A stretch of DNA of 64,000 nucleotides from Psilocybe cubensis (lineage: Eukaryota). Made by a program: the position numbers and the translations under genes. Location: the NCBI GenBank assembly GCA_017499595.2, contig CM038999.1:2232001-2296000 (forward strand), written 5' to 3'. Below, one piece after another: positions 10,323 through 22,725 of the stretch. The notes under the pieces are model-generated. The model did no database searches, had not been told where the DNA came from, and was given only the letters and a program-made list of their open reading frames with translations. Every line of letters begins with the position of its first letter. Position 1 is the first letter of the stretch.

Positions 10323-12854
10323 GTGCTTCTTAAGCGCAAAAGCGATGCATTCAGTGCGTTTCAAACGTACAAAGCATGGGCTGAGAACAAATTAGGCTTT
10401 AAGATCAAAGCGCTGCAGGATGACAAAGCTGGTGAATACATGTCAAATGCTTTCATCAAATTCACTGACCAGTGTGGCATTGAGCGTCGTCATACAACGC
10501 GAAATCGCCCACAACAAAACGGAGTTGCAGAGCGTGCAAATCGCACCATGGCAGAACATGTTACTTCCATGCTCAATGAGGCTCGTGTTCCACCTTTGTT
10601 TTGGGGTCGCTGTGTTGCAGCATACATGCATGTATGGAATCGTGTTCCTACAGCTCCTCTACCAGACAAGACTCTGTATGAAAGCTGGAACAAGCGCAAA
10701 CCTGATGTTAGTCATTTGAGGGTTTGGGGTTGTCTTGCATATGTTTATGTTCAGGGAGATAAGCGCAAATCGTTGCAGCCTTATATGGAGAAGTGTATCT
10801 TTGTTGGGTATCATACTGGGTACAAGGGCTGGAAGTTTTACAACCCACTCACCAAAAGGTTCATTATCTCTGAGAGAGCTGATTTCGACGAAAGGTGCTT
10901 CCCTGGGGTGTCCACTGGCCCTATGCCAAAGTTTGACCTTCTTCCCACTTCTTCTGCAAGTGCACCACCTCCCAATTCAGGGGGGGAATCTAATGGCTTC
11001 AATTTTGATGATAATGAGGATGACTCTACTCCAAGTCCTGTCATTGAGCCAGAAGTGCCTATTGCGCCTCCTGAACAGCCAGCTGAACCACCACAGCCTG
11101 AGGCCGTTCCTGCACCTCTTCCTAAGCCTGCACGCCGCCAGCGTGCTCCAGTTGATCCTGCAACGTTGAGACGCACTACTCGCGTTCCTAAGCAGCCTGG
11201 TGAATGGTGGAAGGTCTCACATGATCCTGAACCACCTGAAGCCAATGATCCTAGATTTGAAGAGGTGGAGTTTGCTGGGCTTGTTTCAAGCGCAGATCCG
11301 CGCACATTTAAACAGGCAATGAAAGCGCCTGATGCGCACATGTGGGAAGAGGCTGCTAACACAGAATTCAATCTGTTGCAGCACAATCAAACTTGGGAGC
11401 AAGTTGAGCTCCCTCCGGGTCAAAAGGCAATTGGCTGTGGTTGGGTCTTTAAAATCAAGCAAAATGCACATGGCAGTATAGAGTGCTACAAGGCTCGTAT
11501 TGTTGCCAAGGGCTACAGTCAGCGCCCTGGCATTGATTACCATGAGGTCTTTGCTCCTACTTTCCGCCCTGCTACTTTCCGCTTGATTGTGGCTCTGGCC
11601 GCCATTGGAGACTTGAAGTTGCACTCTGTTGATATTACAGCTGCTTTCACTAAAGGTGACCTAGACGAGGAGATTTACATGTTACAACCTGAAGGATTTC
11701 ACCAAGGTGGCCCTAACATAGTTTTGAAGCTTAAAAAGTCGCTCTATGGTCTTAAGCAGTCTGCACGTCAATGGAACCTCAAGTTGCATGAGGCATTGTC
11801 AGATATGGGGTTCAAGCGTATAGAATCAGATCGCTCTGTCTACATCTATTCAGATGGAGATGTGAAGATTATTGTTCCCATTTACATTGATGACATCACC
11901 TTTGCCTCCAAATCGGACGCCGCCATAGACAGAGCTGTTAAGCAGCTGGCTGCGCGTTTTGAACTCCGTGATCTGGGTCCTACACAGTATTTACTTGGTG
12001 TTGCCATTGAGCGAGATATGGCTGCTAAAACCATTTCCTTGCATCAGCGTCAGTATATCCTTGATATGCTTGATACATATGGCATGACTGATTCTAATCC
12101 GGTCAAAACACCTTTGGCTGTGGGCACTGTTCTGTCCAAGGCAGATGGACCTCAGAATGGAGATGAGGTGGAATTTATGCGAAATGTTCCCTATCTCAAT
12201 GCAGTTGGCTCCTTGCAGTATCTAGCCACCATGACCCGTCCTGACATTGCTTTTACTGTGTCCTATCTGGCACGCTTCAACTCCAATCCTGGGCCTAAGC
12301 ATTGGGCTGCGGTTAAACATTTATTCCGCTACCTCAGAGGCACTCTGGATTACAAGTTGACTTATTCTGGCGCTGTGGGCCATGATAACTTTGTTACCTA
12401 CACTGATGCTGCACATGGTGATTGTGTAGATACTGGACGCTCTACGAGTGGTTATTTGACCGTTCTAGCTGGAGGTGCTATTGGCTGGGCAAGCAAACTC
12501 CAAACTGTTGTAACTCTGTCTACTACTGAGGCAGAGTACATTGCTGCGGTGGAGGCAGCCAAGGAAATTGTGTGGATGCGCAATATCCTTGAGGAGTTTG
12601 GCTACACAGTCACTGAGCCCTCTGTGCTGCATATGGACAACCAGTCATCTATCAGTGTTTCCAAGAATCCAGAGCACCATGGACGGATGAAGCACCTTGA
12701 TTTGCGCTATTATTGGCTTAGGGATGCTGTTGGTGTTGGAAAGATTTCTCCTTCTTATATTCCTACTGATCAGCAAGCTGCTGATATTCTTACCAAACCC
12801 CTCTCACCTCCTAAAGTGGACTTTTGTAGAGATAAAATGGGTCTCAAACTTTAA
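10323..12854 (+). pseudogene. copia pol (N-truncated IN, RT, RH), unit 3
   Basis: 843-aa ORF with one H>Y change (QPYMEK). Confidence 0.9.
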
Positions 12855-12917
12855 TCTTTCTTTCTCTGTTTTGCTTTATTTTTCTTTGTTCTGGAGACTT
12901 GTCAGAACAGGGGGGAG

Positions 12918-13356
12918 TGTTAAAACTGCTCTCTATGTCTCCCTCACTTTGCTATCTTATCAGATTAGATTACTTTCTTCTTATCTTCATTTGCTCTCCA
13001 GACCATTCTAGACACATGATATTTATCAGTCCATAGACTGGTCTGGACCGGACCAGAGTAGACCTAGGTAGACCAGAGTACTTGAGTCTACACAGTATAT
13101 AGTCACTCTAGTTTACATCCTGAAGTCCCCAGTTACTCACTTCGGACTTCAGGTTAGTTTGTTAGCACTTTGCTCAATTCACTCAGTTACTCACTTCGGA
13201 CTTCAGACGCTTCGTGCTCGCTTATCCCTGCGCCCTACGTTCTATAACTAGGTCGCCGAGTAGCTCACACTGCCCCGAGCTCGCCTGCTTCAACACTACG
13301 TTCTATAACTAGGTCGCCAAGTAGCTCACACTGTCTTGAGCTCGCCTGCTTCAACA
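12918..13356 (+). repeat. Junction LTR block 3 (LTR + 61 bp)
   Basis: Matches 3490-3928. Confidence 0.95.
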
Positions 13357-13759
13357 GGTTATGGGCCCCGCGCTCTAAGCGCTCCAATTCCGTGTTTTGC
13401 GAACCAAGTTGCTTTCTGCATAGTTTTCACAAAACGGTCATTTTAGTCTTTTTTGCTTTTTATCCTCTACCAGGCCCGGCCATACATTGCCGCTGCTAGT
13501 AGGGTTGAACGAGCACGCCTTACGCGACTTGTTAACCTCGGTTGAGCGGGCCCCCGTCGCCTAATCCCCGAGTTATTTCTAGTTAAAAGTAACCCTTTTA
13601 AATTAGGCTAGTTTAACTTCGTCTTTTCCACTTGCGTTCGCATCGCACCCCGAGCTCCGGGTAACGCCTAGTTCGTTTCCACACATCATTACACATTCCC
13701 ACACATTACTACCAACACTCGTATCCATCCGCTTACGCGTTCCTTCGCAATTCGCAATA

Positions 13760-15001
13760 ATGATTTCTGATCCCCAAATCACTCCATTGAACTCAACCAA
13801 CTACAACACCTGGGCAGGCCAGATGACCGCCTATCTCCAGTCTAAAGGGATATGGCGCATTGTCAGCGGTGCTAGAGCACAGCCAACGCTCTCAGACAAG
13901 CCTACTGCTCAGGAGGAAGCTTTGCTTGAAACCTACTTTGAGCAGAGAGACAAAGCATGTGGTTTGATCTATCTTAGTTTGGAGAATGATCAGATGGTTC
14001 ATGTGGAAGCCATCAAGGATGATTCTATCAAGATGTGGGATGCCCTCGCCGCTGTACATCAGCAAAAGCGCCCTGGCAACCGCTTTAATGCATATGATGA
14101 TCTGTTCTCAATCCGAAAGGAGGAAGGTGAAAACCTTCAAACCCTGATCAATAGGGTTGAGCAAGCCATGTTGCTAATTCAGCAGCTTCGCCCTAAGGGG
14201 TTTGATCTGGCTAAGCTTGATAAAGAGCTTGCTTCGCTTGCTTTGGTCAGGGCACTCCCAGAAGAGTACAGTTCATTTGCATCCTCACTTCTCCTTTTGG
14301 ACAAGTTGGACAAGGCTACAATTCATCAAGCCTTTGTCACAGAGGACATACAGCGACGTCGCCGCGCTTCGGAGTTGCCTGCACTTGCCACCGCGTTCCA
14401 GACCGCTCCAGCCCCTTCTGCATCCAAGCCCAAGTGCGCATTTTGTGATATGACCAATCATGCAATGGACAAGTGTCACAAGTTCATTGCTGCGCAAAAG
14501 GATGCGAAGGAGCGTGTCAAAGCGGCTCGCAAAGGCAATAGAGCGCACAAGGCCTCAGAGGCATTTAGTGAGGAAAAAGAGTCCAAGGACATGGAATTTG
14601 CTGGAAATGCAAGTGCTCTTAATACCGATGTTCCCTCCGATGTTCCCTCTTCCATTTCACCCCAAACTAATGACGATTGGATTGCAGACACAGGGGCGAC
14701 TTCTCATATGACGCCCCATCGCAATTGGGTTAGAAATTACACCCCCCTTCGCATTCCAATCCGATTAGCAGATGAACGAGTTATTTATTCTGCAGGGGTG
14801 GGCACTGTGTTCTTTGAACCAGTTGTAAATGGAATAAAGTCAAGAGGCGTCGAGTTAACTAGAGTTTTACATGTACCAGATCTCCGAAACAATCTACTGT
14901 CTGTTCTATACCTCACAAAGCACAAAGGCTTCAAAATCACCATTGATGCTAATCTGGTCCTATCTCGCCCCCTACTCCTGAAGGCTATCGCTACTGGATA
15001 A
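13760..15001 (+). CDS. copia gag-protease, unit 4
   Basis: Same 413-aa ORF. Confidence 0.9.
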   Translation: MISDPQITPLNSTNYNTWAGQMTAYLQSKGIWRIVSGARAQPTLSDKPTAQEEALLETYFEQRDKACGLIYLSLENDQMVHVEAIKDDSIKMWDALAAVHQQKRPGNRFNAYDDLFSIRKEEGENLQTLINRVEQAMLLIQQLRPKGFDLAKLDKELASLALVRALPEEYSSFASSLLLLDKLDKATIHQAFVTEDIQRRRRASELPALATAFQTAPAPSASKPKCAFCDMTNHAMDKCHKFIAAQKDAKERVKAARKGNRAHKASEAFSEEKESKDMEFAGNASALNTDVPSDVPSSISPQTNDDWIADTGATSHMTPHRNWVRNYTPLRIPIRLADERVIYSAGVGTVFFEPVVNGIKSRGVELTRVLHVPDLRNNLLSVLYLTKHKGFKITIDANLVLSRPLLLKAIATG

Positions 15002-15036
15002 CCTTTATTGATGACCATACAAAGAGTAGAGCTGCT

Positions 15037-17569
15037 GTGCTTCTTAAGCGCAAAAGCGATGCATTCAGTGCGTTTCAAACGTACAAAGCATGGGCTGAGA
15101 ACAAATTAGGCTTTAAGATCAAAGCGCTGCAGGATGACAAAGCTGGTGAATACATGTCAAATGCTTTCATCAAATTCACTGACCAGTGTGGCATTGAGCG
15201 TCGTCATACAACGCGAAATCGCCCACAACAAAACGGAGTTGCAGAGCGTGCAAATCGCACCATGGCAGAACATGTTACTTCCATGCTCAATGAGGCTCGT
15301 GTTCCACCTTTGTTTTGGGGTCGCTGTGTTGCAGCATACATGCATGTATGGAATCGTGTTCCTACAGCTCCTCTACCGGACAAGACTCTGTATGAAAGCT
15401 GGAACAAGCGCAAACCTGATGTTAGTCATTTGAGGGTTTGGGGTTGTCTTGCATATGTTTATGTTCAGGGAGATAAGCGCAAATCGTTGCAGCCTCATAT
15501 GGAGAAGTGTATCTTTGTTGGGTATCATACTGGGTACAAGGGCTGGAAGTTTTACAACCCACTCACCAAAAGGTTCATTATCTCTGAGAGAGCTGATTTC
15601 GACGAAAGGTGCTTCCCTGGGGTGTCCACTGGCCCTATGCCAAAGTTTGACCTTCTTCCCACTTCTTCTGCAAGTGCACCACCTCCCAATTCAGGGGGGG
15701 AATCTAATGGCTTCAATTTTGATGATAATGAGGATGACTCTACTCCAAGTCCTGTCATTGAGCCAGAAGTGCCTATTGCGCCTCCTGAACAGCCAGCTGA
15801 ACCGCCACAGCCTGAGGCCGTTCCTGCACCTCTTCCTAAGCCTGCACGCCGCCAGCGTGCTCCAGTTAATCCTGCAACGTTGAGACGCACTACTCGCGTT
15901 CCTAAGCAGCCTGGTGAATGGTGGAAGGTCTCACATGATCCTGAACCACCTGAAGCCAATGATCCTAGATTTGAAGAGGTGGAGTTTGCTGGGCTTGTTT
16001 CAAGCGCAGATCCGCGCACATTTAAACAGGCAATGAAAGCGCCTGATGCGCACATGTGGGAAGAGGCTGCTAACACAGAATTCAATCTGTTGCAGCACAA
16101 TCAAACTTGGGAGCGAGTTGAGCTCCCTCCGGGTCAAAAGGCAATTTGGCTGTGGTTGGGTCTTTAAAATCAAGCGAAATGCAGATGGCAGTATAGAGCG
16201 CTACAAGGCTTGTATTGTTGCCAAGGGCTACAGTCAGTGCCCTGGCATTGATTACCATGAGGTCTTTGCTCCTACTTTCCGCCCTGCTACTTTCCGCTTG
16301 ATTGTGGCTCTGGCCGCCATTGGAGACTTGAAGTTGCGCTCTGTTGATATTACAGCTGCTTTCACTAAAGGTGACCTAGACGAGGAAATTTACATGCTAC
16401 AACCTGAAGGATTTTACCAAGGTGGTCCTAACATGGTTTTGAAGCTCAAAAAGTCGCTCTATGGTCTTAAGCAGTCTGCACGTCAATGGAACCTCAAGTT
16501 GCATGAGGCATTGTCAGATATGGGGTTCAAGCGTATAGAATCAGATTGCTCTGTCTACATCTATTCAGATGGAGATGTGAAGATTATTGTTCCCATTTAC
16601 ATTGATGACATTACCTTTGCCTCCAAATCGGACGCTGCCATAGATAGAGCTGTTAAGCAGCTAGCTGCGCGTTTTGAACTCCGTGATCTGGGTCCTACAC
16701 AGTATTTACTTGGTGTTGCCATTGAGCGAGATATGGCTGCTAAAACCATTTCCTTGCATCAGCGTCAGTATATCCTTGATATGCTTGATACATATGGCAT
16801 GACTCATTCTAATCCGGTCAAAACACCTTTGGCTGTGGGCACTGTTCTGTCCAAGGCAGATGGACCTCAGAATGGAGATGAGGTGGAATTTATGCGAAAT
16901 GTTCCCTATCTCAATGCAGTTGGCTCCTTGCAGTATCTAGCCACCATGACCCGTCCTGACATTGCTTTTACTGTGTCCTATCTGGCACGCTTCAACTCCA
17001 ATCCTGGGCCTAAGCATTGGGCTGCGGTTAAACATTTATTCCGCTACCTCAGAGGCACTCTGGATTACAAGTTGACTTATTCTGGCGCTGTGGGCCATGA
17101 TAACTTTGTTACCTACACTGATGCTGCACATGGTGATTGTGTAGATACTGGACGCTCTACGAGTGGTTATTTGACCGTTCTAGCTGGAGGTGCTATTGGC
17201 TGGGCAAGCAAACTCCAAACTATTGTAACTCTGTCTACTACTGAGGCAGAGTACATTGCTGCGGTGGAGGCAGCCAAGGAAATTGTGTGGATGCGCAATA
17301 TCCTTGAGGAGTTTGGCTACACAGTCACTGAGCCCTCTGTGCTGCATATGGACAACCAGTCATCTATCAGTGTTTCCAAGAATCCAGAGCACCATGGACG
17401 GATGAAGCACCTTGATTTGCGCTATTATTGGCTTAGGGATGCTGTTGGTGTTGGAAAGATTTCTCCTTCTTATATTCCTACTGATCAGCAAGCTGCTGAT
17501 ATTCTTACCAAACCCCTCTCACCTCCTAAAGTGGACTTTTGTAGAGATAAAATGGGTCTCAAACTTTAA
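15037..17569 (+). pseudogene. copia pol, unit 4, with an extra +1 frameshift near 16146
   Basis: GCAATTTGG versus GCAATTGG splits pol into 376-aa and 507-aa ORFs; second RT haplotype. Confidence 0.9.
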
Positions 17570-17632
17570 TCTTTCTTTCTCTGTTTTGCTTTATTTTTCT
17601 TTGTTCTGGAGACTTGTCAGAACAGGGGGGAG

Positions 17633-18071
17633 TGTTAAAACTGCTCTCTATGTCTCCCTCACTTTGCTATCTTATCAGATTAGATTACTTTCTTCTTATC
17701 TTCATTTGCTCTCCAGACCATTCTAGACACATGATATTTATCAGTCCATAGACTGGTCTGGACCGGACCAGAGTAGACCTAGGTAGACCAGAGTACTTGA
17801 GTCTACACAGTATATAGTCACTCTAGTTTACATCCTGAAGTCCCCAGTTACTCACTTCGGACTTCAGGTTAGTTTGTTAGCACTTTGCTCAATTCACTCA
17901 GTTACTCACTTCGGACTTCAGACGCTTCGTGCTCGCTTATCCCTGCGCCCTACGTTCTATAACTAGGTCGCCGAGTAGCTCACACTGCCCCAAGCTCGCC
18001 TGCTTCAACACTACGTTCTATAACTAGGTCGCCAAGTAGCTCACACTGTCTTGAGCTCGCCTGCTTCAACA
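17633..18071 (+). repeat. Junction LTR block 4 (LTR + 61 bp)
   Basis: Matches 3490-3928 apart from one G>A change. Confidence 0.95.
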
Positions 18072-18474
18072 GGTTATGGGCCCCGCGCTCTAAGCGCTCC
18101 AATTCCGTGTTTTGCGAACCAAGTTGCTTTCTGCATAGTTTTCACAAAACGGTCATTTTAGTCTTTTTTGCTTTTTATCCTCTACCAGGCCCGGCCATAC
18201 ATTGCCGCTGCTAGTAGGGTTGAACGAGCACGCCTTACGCGACTTGTTAACCTCGGTTGAGCGGGCCCCCGTCGCCTAATCCCCGAGTTATTTCTAGTTA
18301 AAAGTAACCCTTTTAAATTAGGCTAGTTTAACTTCGTCTTTTCCACTTGCGTTCGCATCGCACCCCGAGCTCCGGGTAACGCCTAGTTCGTTTCCACACA
18401 TCATTACACATTCCCACACATTACTACCAACACTCGTATCCATCCGCTTACGCGTTCCTTCGCAATTCGCAATA

Positions 18475-19716
18475 ATGATTTCTGATCCCCAAATCACTCC
18501 ATTGAACTCAACCAACTACAACACCTGGGCAGGCCAGATGACCGCCTATCTCCAGTCTAAAGGGATATGGCGCATTGTCAGCGGTGCTAGAGCACAGCCA
18601 ACGCTCTCAGACAAGCCTACTGCTCAGGAGGAAGCTTTGCTTGAAACCTACTTTGAGCAGAGAGACAAAGCATGTGGTTTGATCTATCTTAGTTTGGAGA
18701 ATGATCAGATGGTTCATGTGGAAGCCATCAAGGATGATTCTATCAAGATGTGGGATGCCCTCGCCGCTGTACATCAGCAAAAGCGCCCTGGCAACCGCTT
18801 TAATGCATATGATGATCTGTTCTCAATCCGAAAGGAGGAAGGTGAAAACCTTCAAACCCTGATCAATAGGGTTGAGCAAGCCATGTTGCTAATTCAGCAG
18901 CTTCGCCCTAAGGGGTTTGATCTGGCTAAGCTTGATAAAGAGCTTGCTTCGCTTGCTTTGGTCAGGGCACTCCCAGAAGAGTACAGTTCATTTGCATCCT
19001 CACTTCTCCTTTTGGACAAGTTGGACAAGGCTACAATTCATCAAGCCTTTGTCACAGAGGACATACAGCGACGTCGCCGCGCTTCGGAGTTGCCTGCACT
19101 TGCCACCGCGTTCCAGACCGCTCCAGCCCCTTCTGCATCCAAGCCCAAGTGCGCATTTTGTGATATGACCAATCATGCAATGGACAAGTGTCACAAGTTC
19201 ATTGCTGCGCAAAAGGATGCGAAGGAGCGTGTCAAAGCGGCTCGCAAAGGCAATAGAGCGCACAAGGCCTCAGAGGCATTTAGTGAGGAAAAAGAGTCCA
19301 AGGACATGGAATTTGCTGGAAATGCAAGTGCTCTTAATACCGATGTTCCCTCCGATGTTCCCTCTTCCATTTCACCCCAAACTAATGACGATTGGATTGC
19401 AGACACAGGGGCGACTTCTCATATGACGCCCCATCGCAATTGGGTTAGAAATTACACCCCCCTTCGCATTCCAATCCGATTAGCAGATGAACGAGTTATT
19501 TATTCTGCAGGGGTGGGCACTGTGTTCTTTGAACCAGTTGTAAATGGAATAAAGTCAAGAGGTGTCGAGTTAACTAGAGTTTTACATGTACCAGATCTCC
19601 GAAACAATCTACTGTCTGTTCTATACCTCACAAAGCACAAAGGCTTCAAAATCACCATTGATGCTAATCTGGTCCTATCTCGCCCCCTACTCCTGAAGGC
19701 TATCGCTACTGGATAA
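18475..19716 (+). CDS. copia gag-protease, unit 5
   Basis: Same 413-aa ORF. Confidence 0.9.
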   Translation: MISDPQITPLNSTNYNTWAGQMTAYLQSKGIWRIVSGARAQPTLSDKPTAQEEALLETYFEQRDKACGLIYLSLENDQMVHVEAIKDDSIKMWDALAAVHQQKRPGNRFNAYDDLFSIRKEEGENLQTLINRVEQAMLLIQQLRPKGFDLAKLDKELASLALVRALPEEYSSFASSLLLLDKLDKATIHQAFVTEDIQRRRRASELPALATAFQTAPAPSASKPKCAFCDMTNHAMDKCHKFIAAQKDAKERVKAARKGNRAHKASEAFSEEKESKDMEFAGNASALNTDVPSDVPSSISPQTNDDWIADTGATSHMTPHRNWVRNYTPLRIPIRLADERVIYSAGVGTVFFEPVVNGIKSRGVELTRVLHVPDLRNNLLSVLYLTKHKGFKITIDANLVLSRPLLLKAIATG

Positions 19717-19751
19717 CCTTTATTGATGACCATACAAAGAGTAGAGCTGCT

Positions 19752-22284
19752 GTGCTTCTTAAGCGCAAAAGCGATGCATTCAGTGCGTTTCAAACGTACA
19801 AAGCATGGGCTGAGAACAAATTAGGCTTTAAGATCAAAGCGCTGCAGGATGACAAAGCTGGTGAATACATGTCAAATGCTTTCATCAAATTCACTGACCA
19901 GTGTGGCATTGAGCGTCGTCATACAACGCGAAATCGCCCACAACAAAACGGAGTTGCAGAGCGTGCAAATCGCACCATGGCAGAACATGTTACTTCCATG
20001 CTCAATGAGGCTCGTGTTCCACCTTTGTTTTGGGGTCGCTGTGTTGCAGCATACATGCATGTATGGAATCGTGTTCCTACAGCTCCTCTACCGGACAAGA
20101 CTCTGTATGAAAGCTGGAACAAGCGCAAACCTGATGTTAGTCATTTGAGGGTTTGGGGTTGTCTTGCATATGTTTATGTTCAGGGAGATAAGCGCAAATC
20201 ATTGCAGCCTCATATGGAGAAGTGTATCTTTGTTGGGTATCATACTGGGTACAAGGGCTGGAAGTTTTACAACCCACTCACCAAAAGGTTCATTATCTCT
20301 GAGAGAGCTGATTTCGACGAAAGGTGCTTCCCTGGGGTGTCCACTGGCCCTATGCCAAAGTTTGACCTTCTTCCCACTTCTTCTGCAAGTGCACCACCTC
20401 CCAATTCAGGGGGGGAATCTAATGGCTTCAATTTTGATGATAATGAGGATGACTCTACTCCAAGTCCTGTCATTGAGCCAGAAGTGCCTATTGCGCCTCC
20501 TGAACAGCCAGCTGAACCACCACAGCCTGAGGCCGTTCCTGCACCTCTTCCTAAGCCTGCACGCCGCCAGCGTGCTCCAGTTGATCCTGCAACGTTGAGA
20601 CGCACTACTCGCGTTCCTAAGCAGCCTGGTGAATGGTGGAAGGTCTCACATGATCCTGAACCACCTGAAGCCAATGATCCTAGATTTGAAGAGGTGGAGT
20701 TTGCTGGGCTTGTTTCAAGCGCAGATCCGCGCACATTTAAACAGGCAATGAAAGCGCCTGATGCGCACATGTGGGAAGAGGCTGCTAACACAGAATTCAA
20801 TCTGTTGCAGCACAATCAAACTTGGGAGCGAGTTGAGCTCCCTCCGGGTCAAAAGGCAATTTGGCTGTGGTTGGGTCTTTAAAATCAAGCGAAATGCAGA
20901 TGGCAGTATAGAGCGCTACAAGGCTTGTATTGTTGCCAAGGGCTACAGTCAGTGCCCTGGCATTGATTACCATGAGGTCTTTGCTCCTACTTTCCGCCCT
21001 GCTACTTTCCGCTTGATTGTGGCTCTGGCCGCCATTGGAGACTTGAAGTTGCGCTCTGTTGATATTACAGCTGCTTTCACTAAAGGTGACCTAGACGAGG
21101 AAATTTACATGCTACAACCTGAAGGATTTTACCAAGGTGGTCCTAACATGGTTTTGAAGCTCAAAAAGTCGCTCTATGGTCTTAAGCAGTCTGCACGTCA
21201 ATGGAACCTCAAGTTGCATGAGGCATTGTCAGATATGGGGTTCAAGCGTATAGAATCAGATTGCTCTGTCTACATCTATTCAGATGGAGATGTGAAGATT
21301 ATTGTTCCCATTTACATTGATGACATTACCTTTGCCTCCAAATCGGACGCTGCCATAGATAGAGCTGTTAAGCAGCTAGCTGCGCGTTTTGAACTCCGTG
21401 ATCTGGGTCCTACACAGTATTTACTTGGTGTTGCCATTGAGCGAGATATGGCTGCTAAAACCATTTCCTTGCATCAGCGTCAGTATATCCTTGATATGCT
21501 TGATACATATGGCATGACTCATTCTAATCCGGTCAAAACACCTTTGGCTGTGGGCACTGTTCTGTCCAAGGCAGATGGACCTCAGAATGGAGATGAGGTG
21601 GAATTTATGCGAAATGTTCCCTATCTCAATGCAGTTGGCTCCTTGCAGTATCTAGCCACCATGACCCGTCCTGACATTGCTTTTACTGTGTCCTATCTGG
21701 CACGCTTCAACTCCAATCCTGGGCCTAAGCATTGGGCTGCGGTTAAACATTTATTCCGCTACCTCAGAGGCACTCTGGATTACAAGTTGACTTATTCTGG
21801 CGCTGTGGGCCATGATAACTTTGTTACCTACACTGATGCTGCACATGGTGATTGTGTAGATACTGGACGCTCTACGAGTGGTTATTTGACCGTTCTAGCT
21901 GGAGGTGCTATTGGCTGGGCAAGCAAACTCCAAACTATTGTAACTCTGTCTACTACTGAGGCAGAGTACATTGCTGCGGTGGAGGCAGCCAAGGAAATTG
22001 TGTGGATGCGCAATATCCTTGAGGAGTTTGGCTACACAGTCACTGAGCCCTCTGTGCTGCATATGGACAACCAGTCATCTATCAGTGTTTCCAAGAATCC
22101 AGAGCACCATGGACGGATGAAGCACCTTGATTTGCGCTATTATTGGCTAAGGGATGCTGTTGGTGTTGGAAAGATTTCTCCTTCTTATATTCCTACTGAT
22201 CAGCAAGCTGCTGATATTCTTACCAAACCCCTCTCACCTCCTAAAGTGGACTTTTGTAGAGATAAAATGGGTCTCAAACTTTAA
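19752..22284 (+). pseudogene. copia pol, unit 5, frameshifted as in unit 4
   Basis: 376-aa + 507-aa ORFs. Confidence 0.9.
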
Positions 22285-22347
22285 TCTTTCTTTCTCTGTT
22301 TTGCTTTATTTTTCTTTGTTCTGGAGACTTGTCAGAACAGGGGGAAG

Positions 22348-22725
22348 TGTTAAAACTGCTTTCTATGTCTCCCTTACTTTGCTATCTTATCAGATTAGAT
22401 TACTGTCTTTTTATCTTCATTTGCTCTCCAGACCATTCTAGATACATAATATTTATCAGTCCATAGACTGGTCTGGACCGGACCAGAGTAGACTTAGGTA
22501 GACCAGAGTACTTGAGTCTACACAGTATATAGTCACTCTAGTTTACATCCTGAAGTCCCCAGTTACTCACTTCGGACTTCAGGTTAGTTTGTTAGCACTT
22601 TGCTCAATTCACTCAGTTACTCACTTCGGACTTCAGACGCTTTGTGCTCGCTTATCCCTGCGCCCTACATTCTATAACTAGGTCGCCAAGTAGCTCACAC
22701 TGTCCCGAGCTCGCCTGCTTCAACA
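22348..22725 (+). repeat. Terminal 3' LTR of the array (plain 378 bp)
   Basis: TGTTAAAAC...CTTCAACA with no 61-bp extra; about ten substitutions versus the junction LTRs; followed by antisense RT sequence. Confidence 0.95.

Larger units (their letters stand above)
1..22725 (+). mobile_element. Head-to-tail tandem array of >=5 Ty1/copia LTR retrotransposon units (left end outside window)
   Basis: Near-identical ORF sets recur at 4714/4715-bp period (895, 5609, 10323, 15037, 19752). Domain order gag-PR-IN-RT-RH; one LTR block between units. Confidence 0.97.

Noticed and set aside
1-22725. Array as a pure assembly artefact
   Set aside because: Units carry private, mutationally biased SNPs and two RT haplotypes; exact copy number still needs long-read confirmation.
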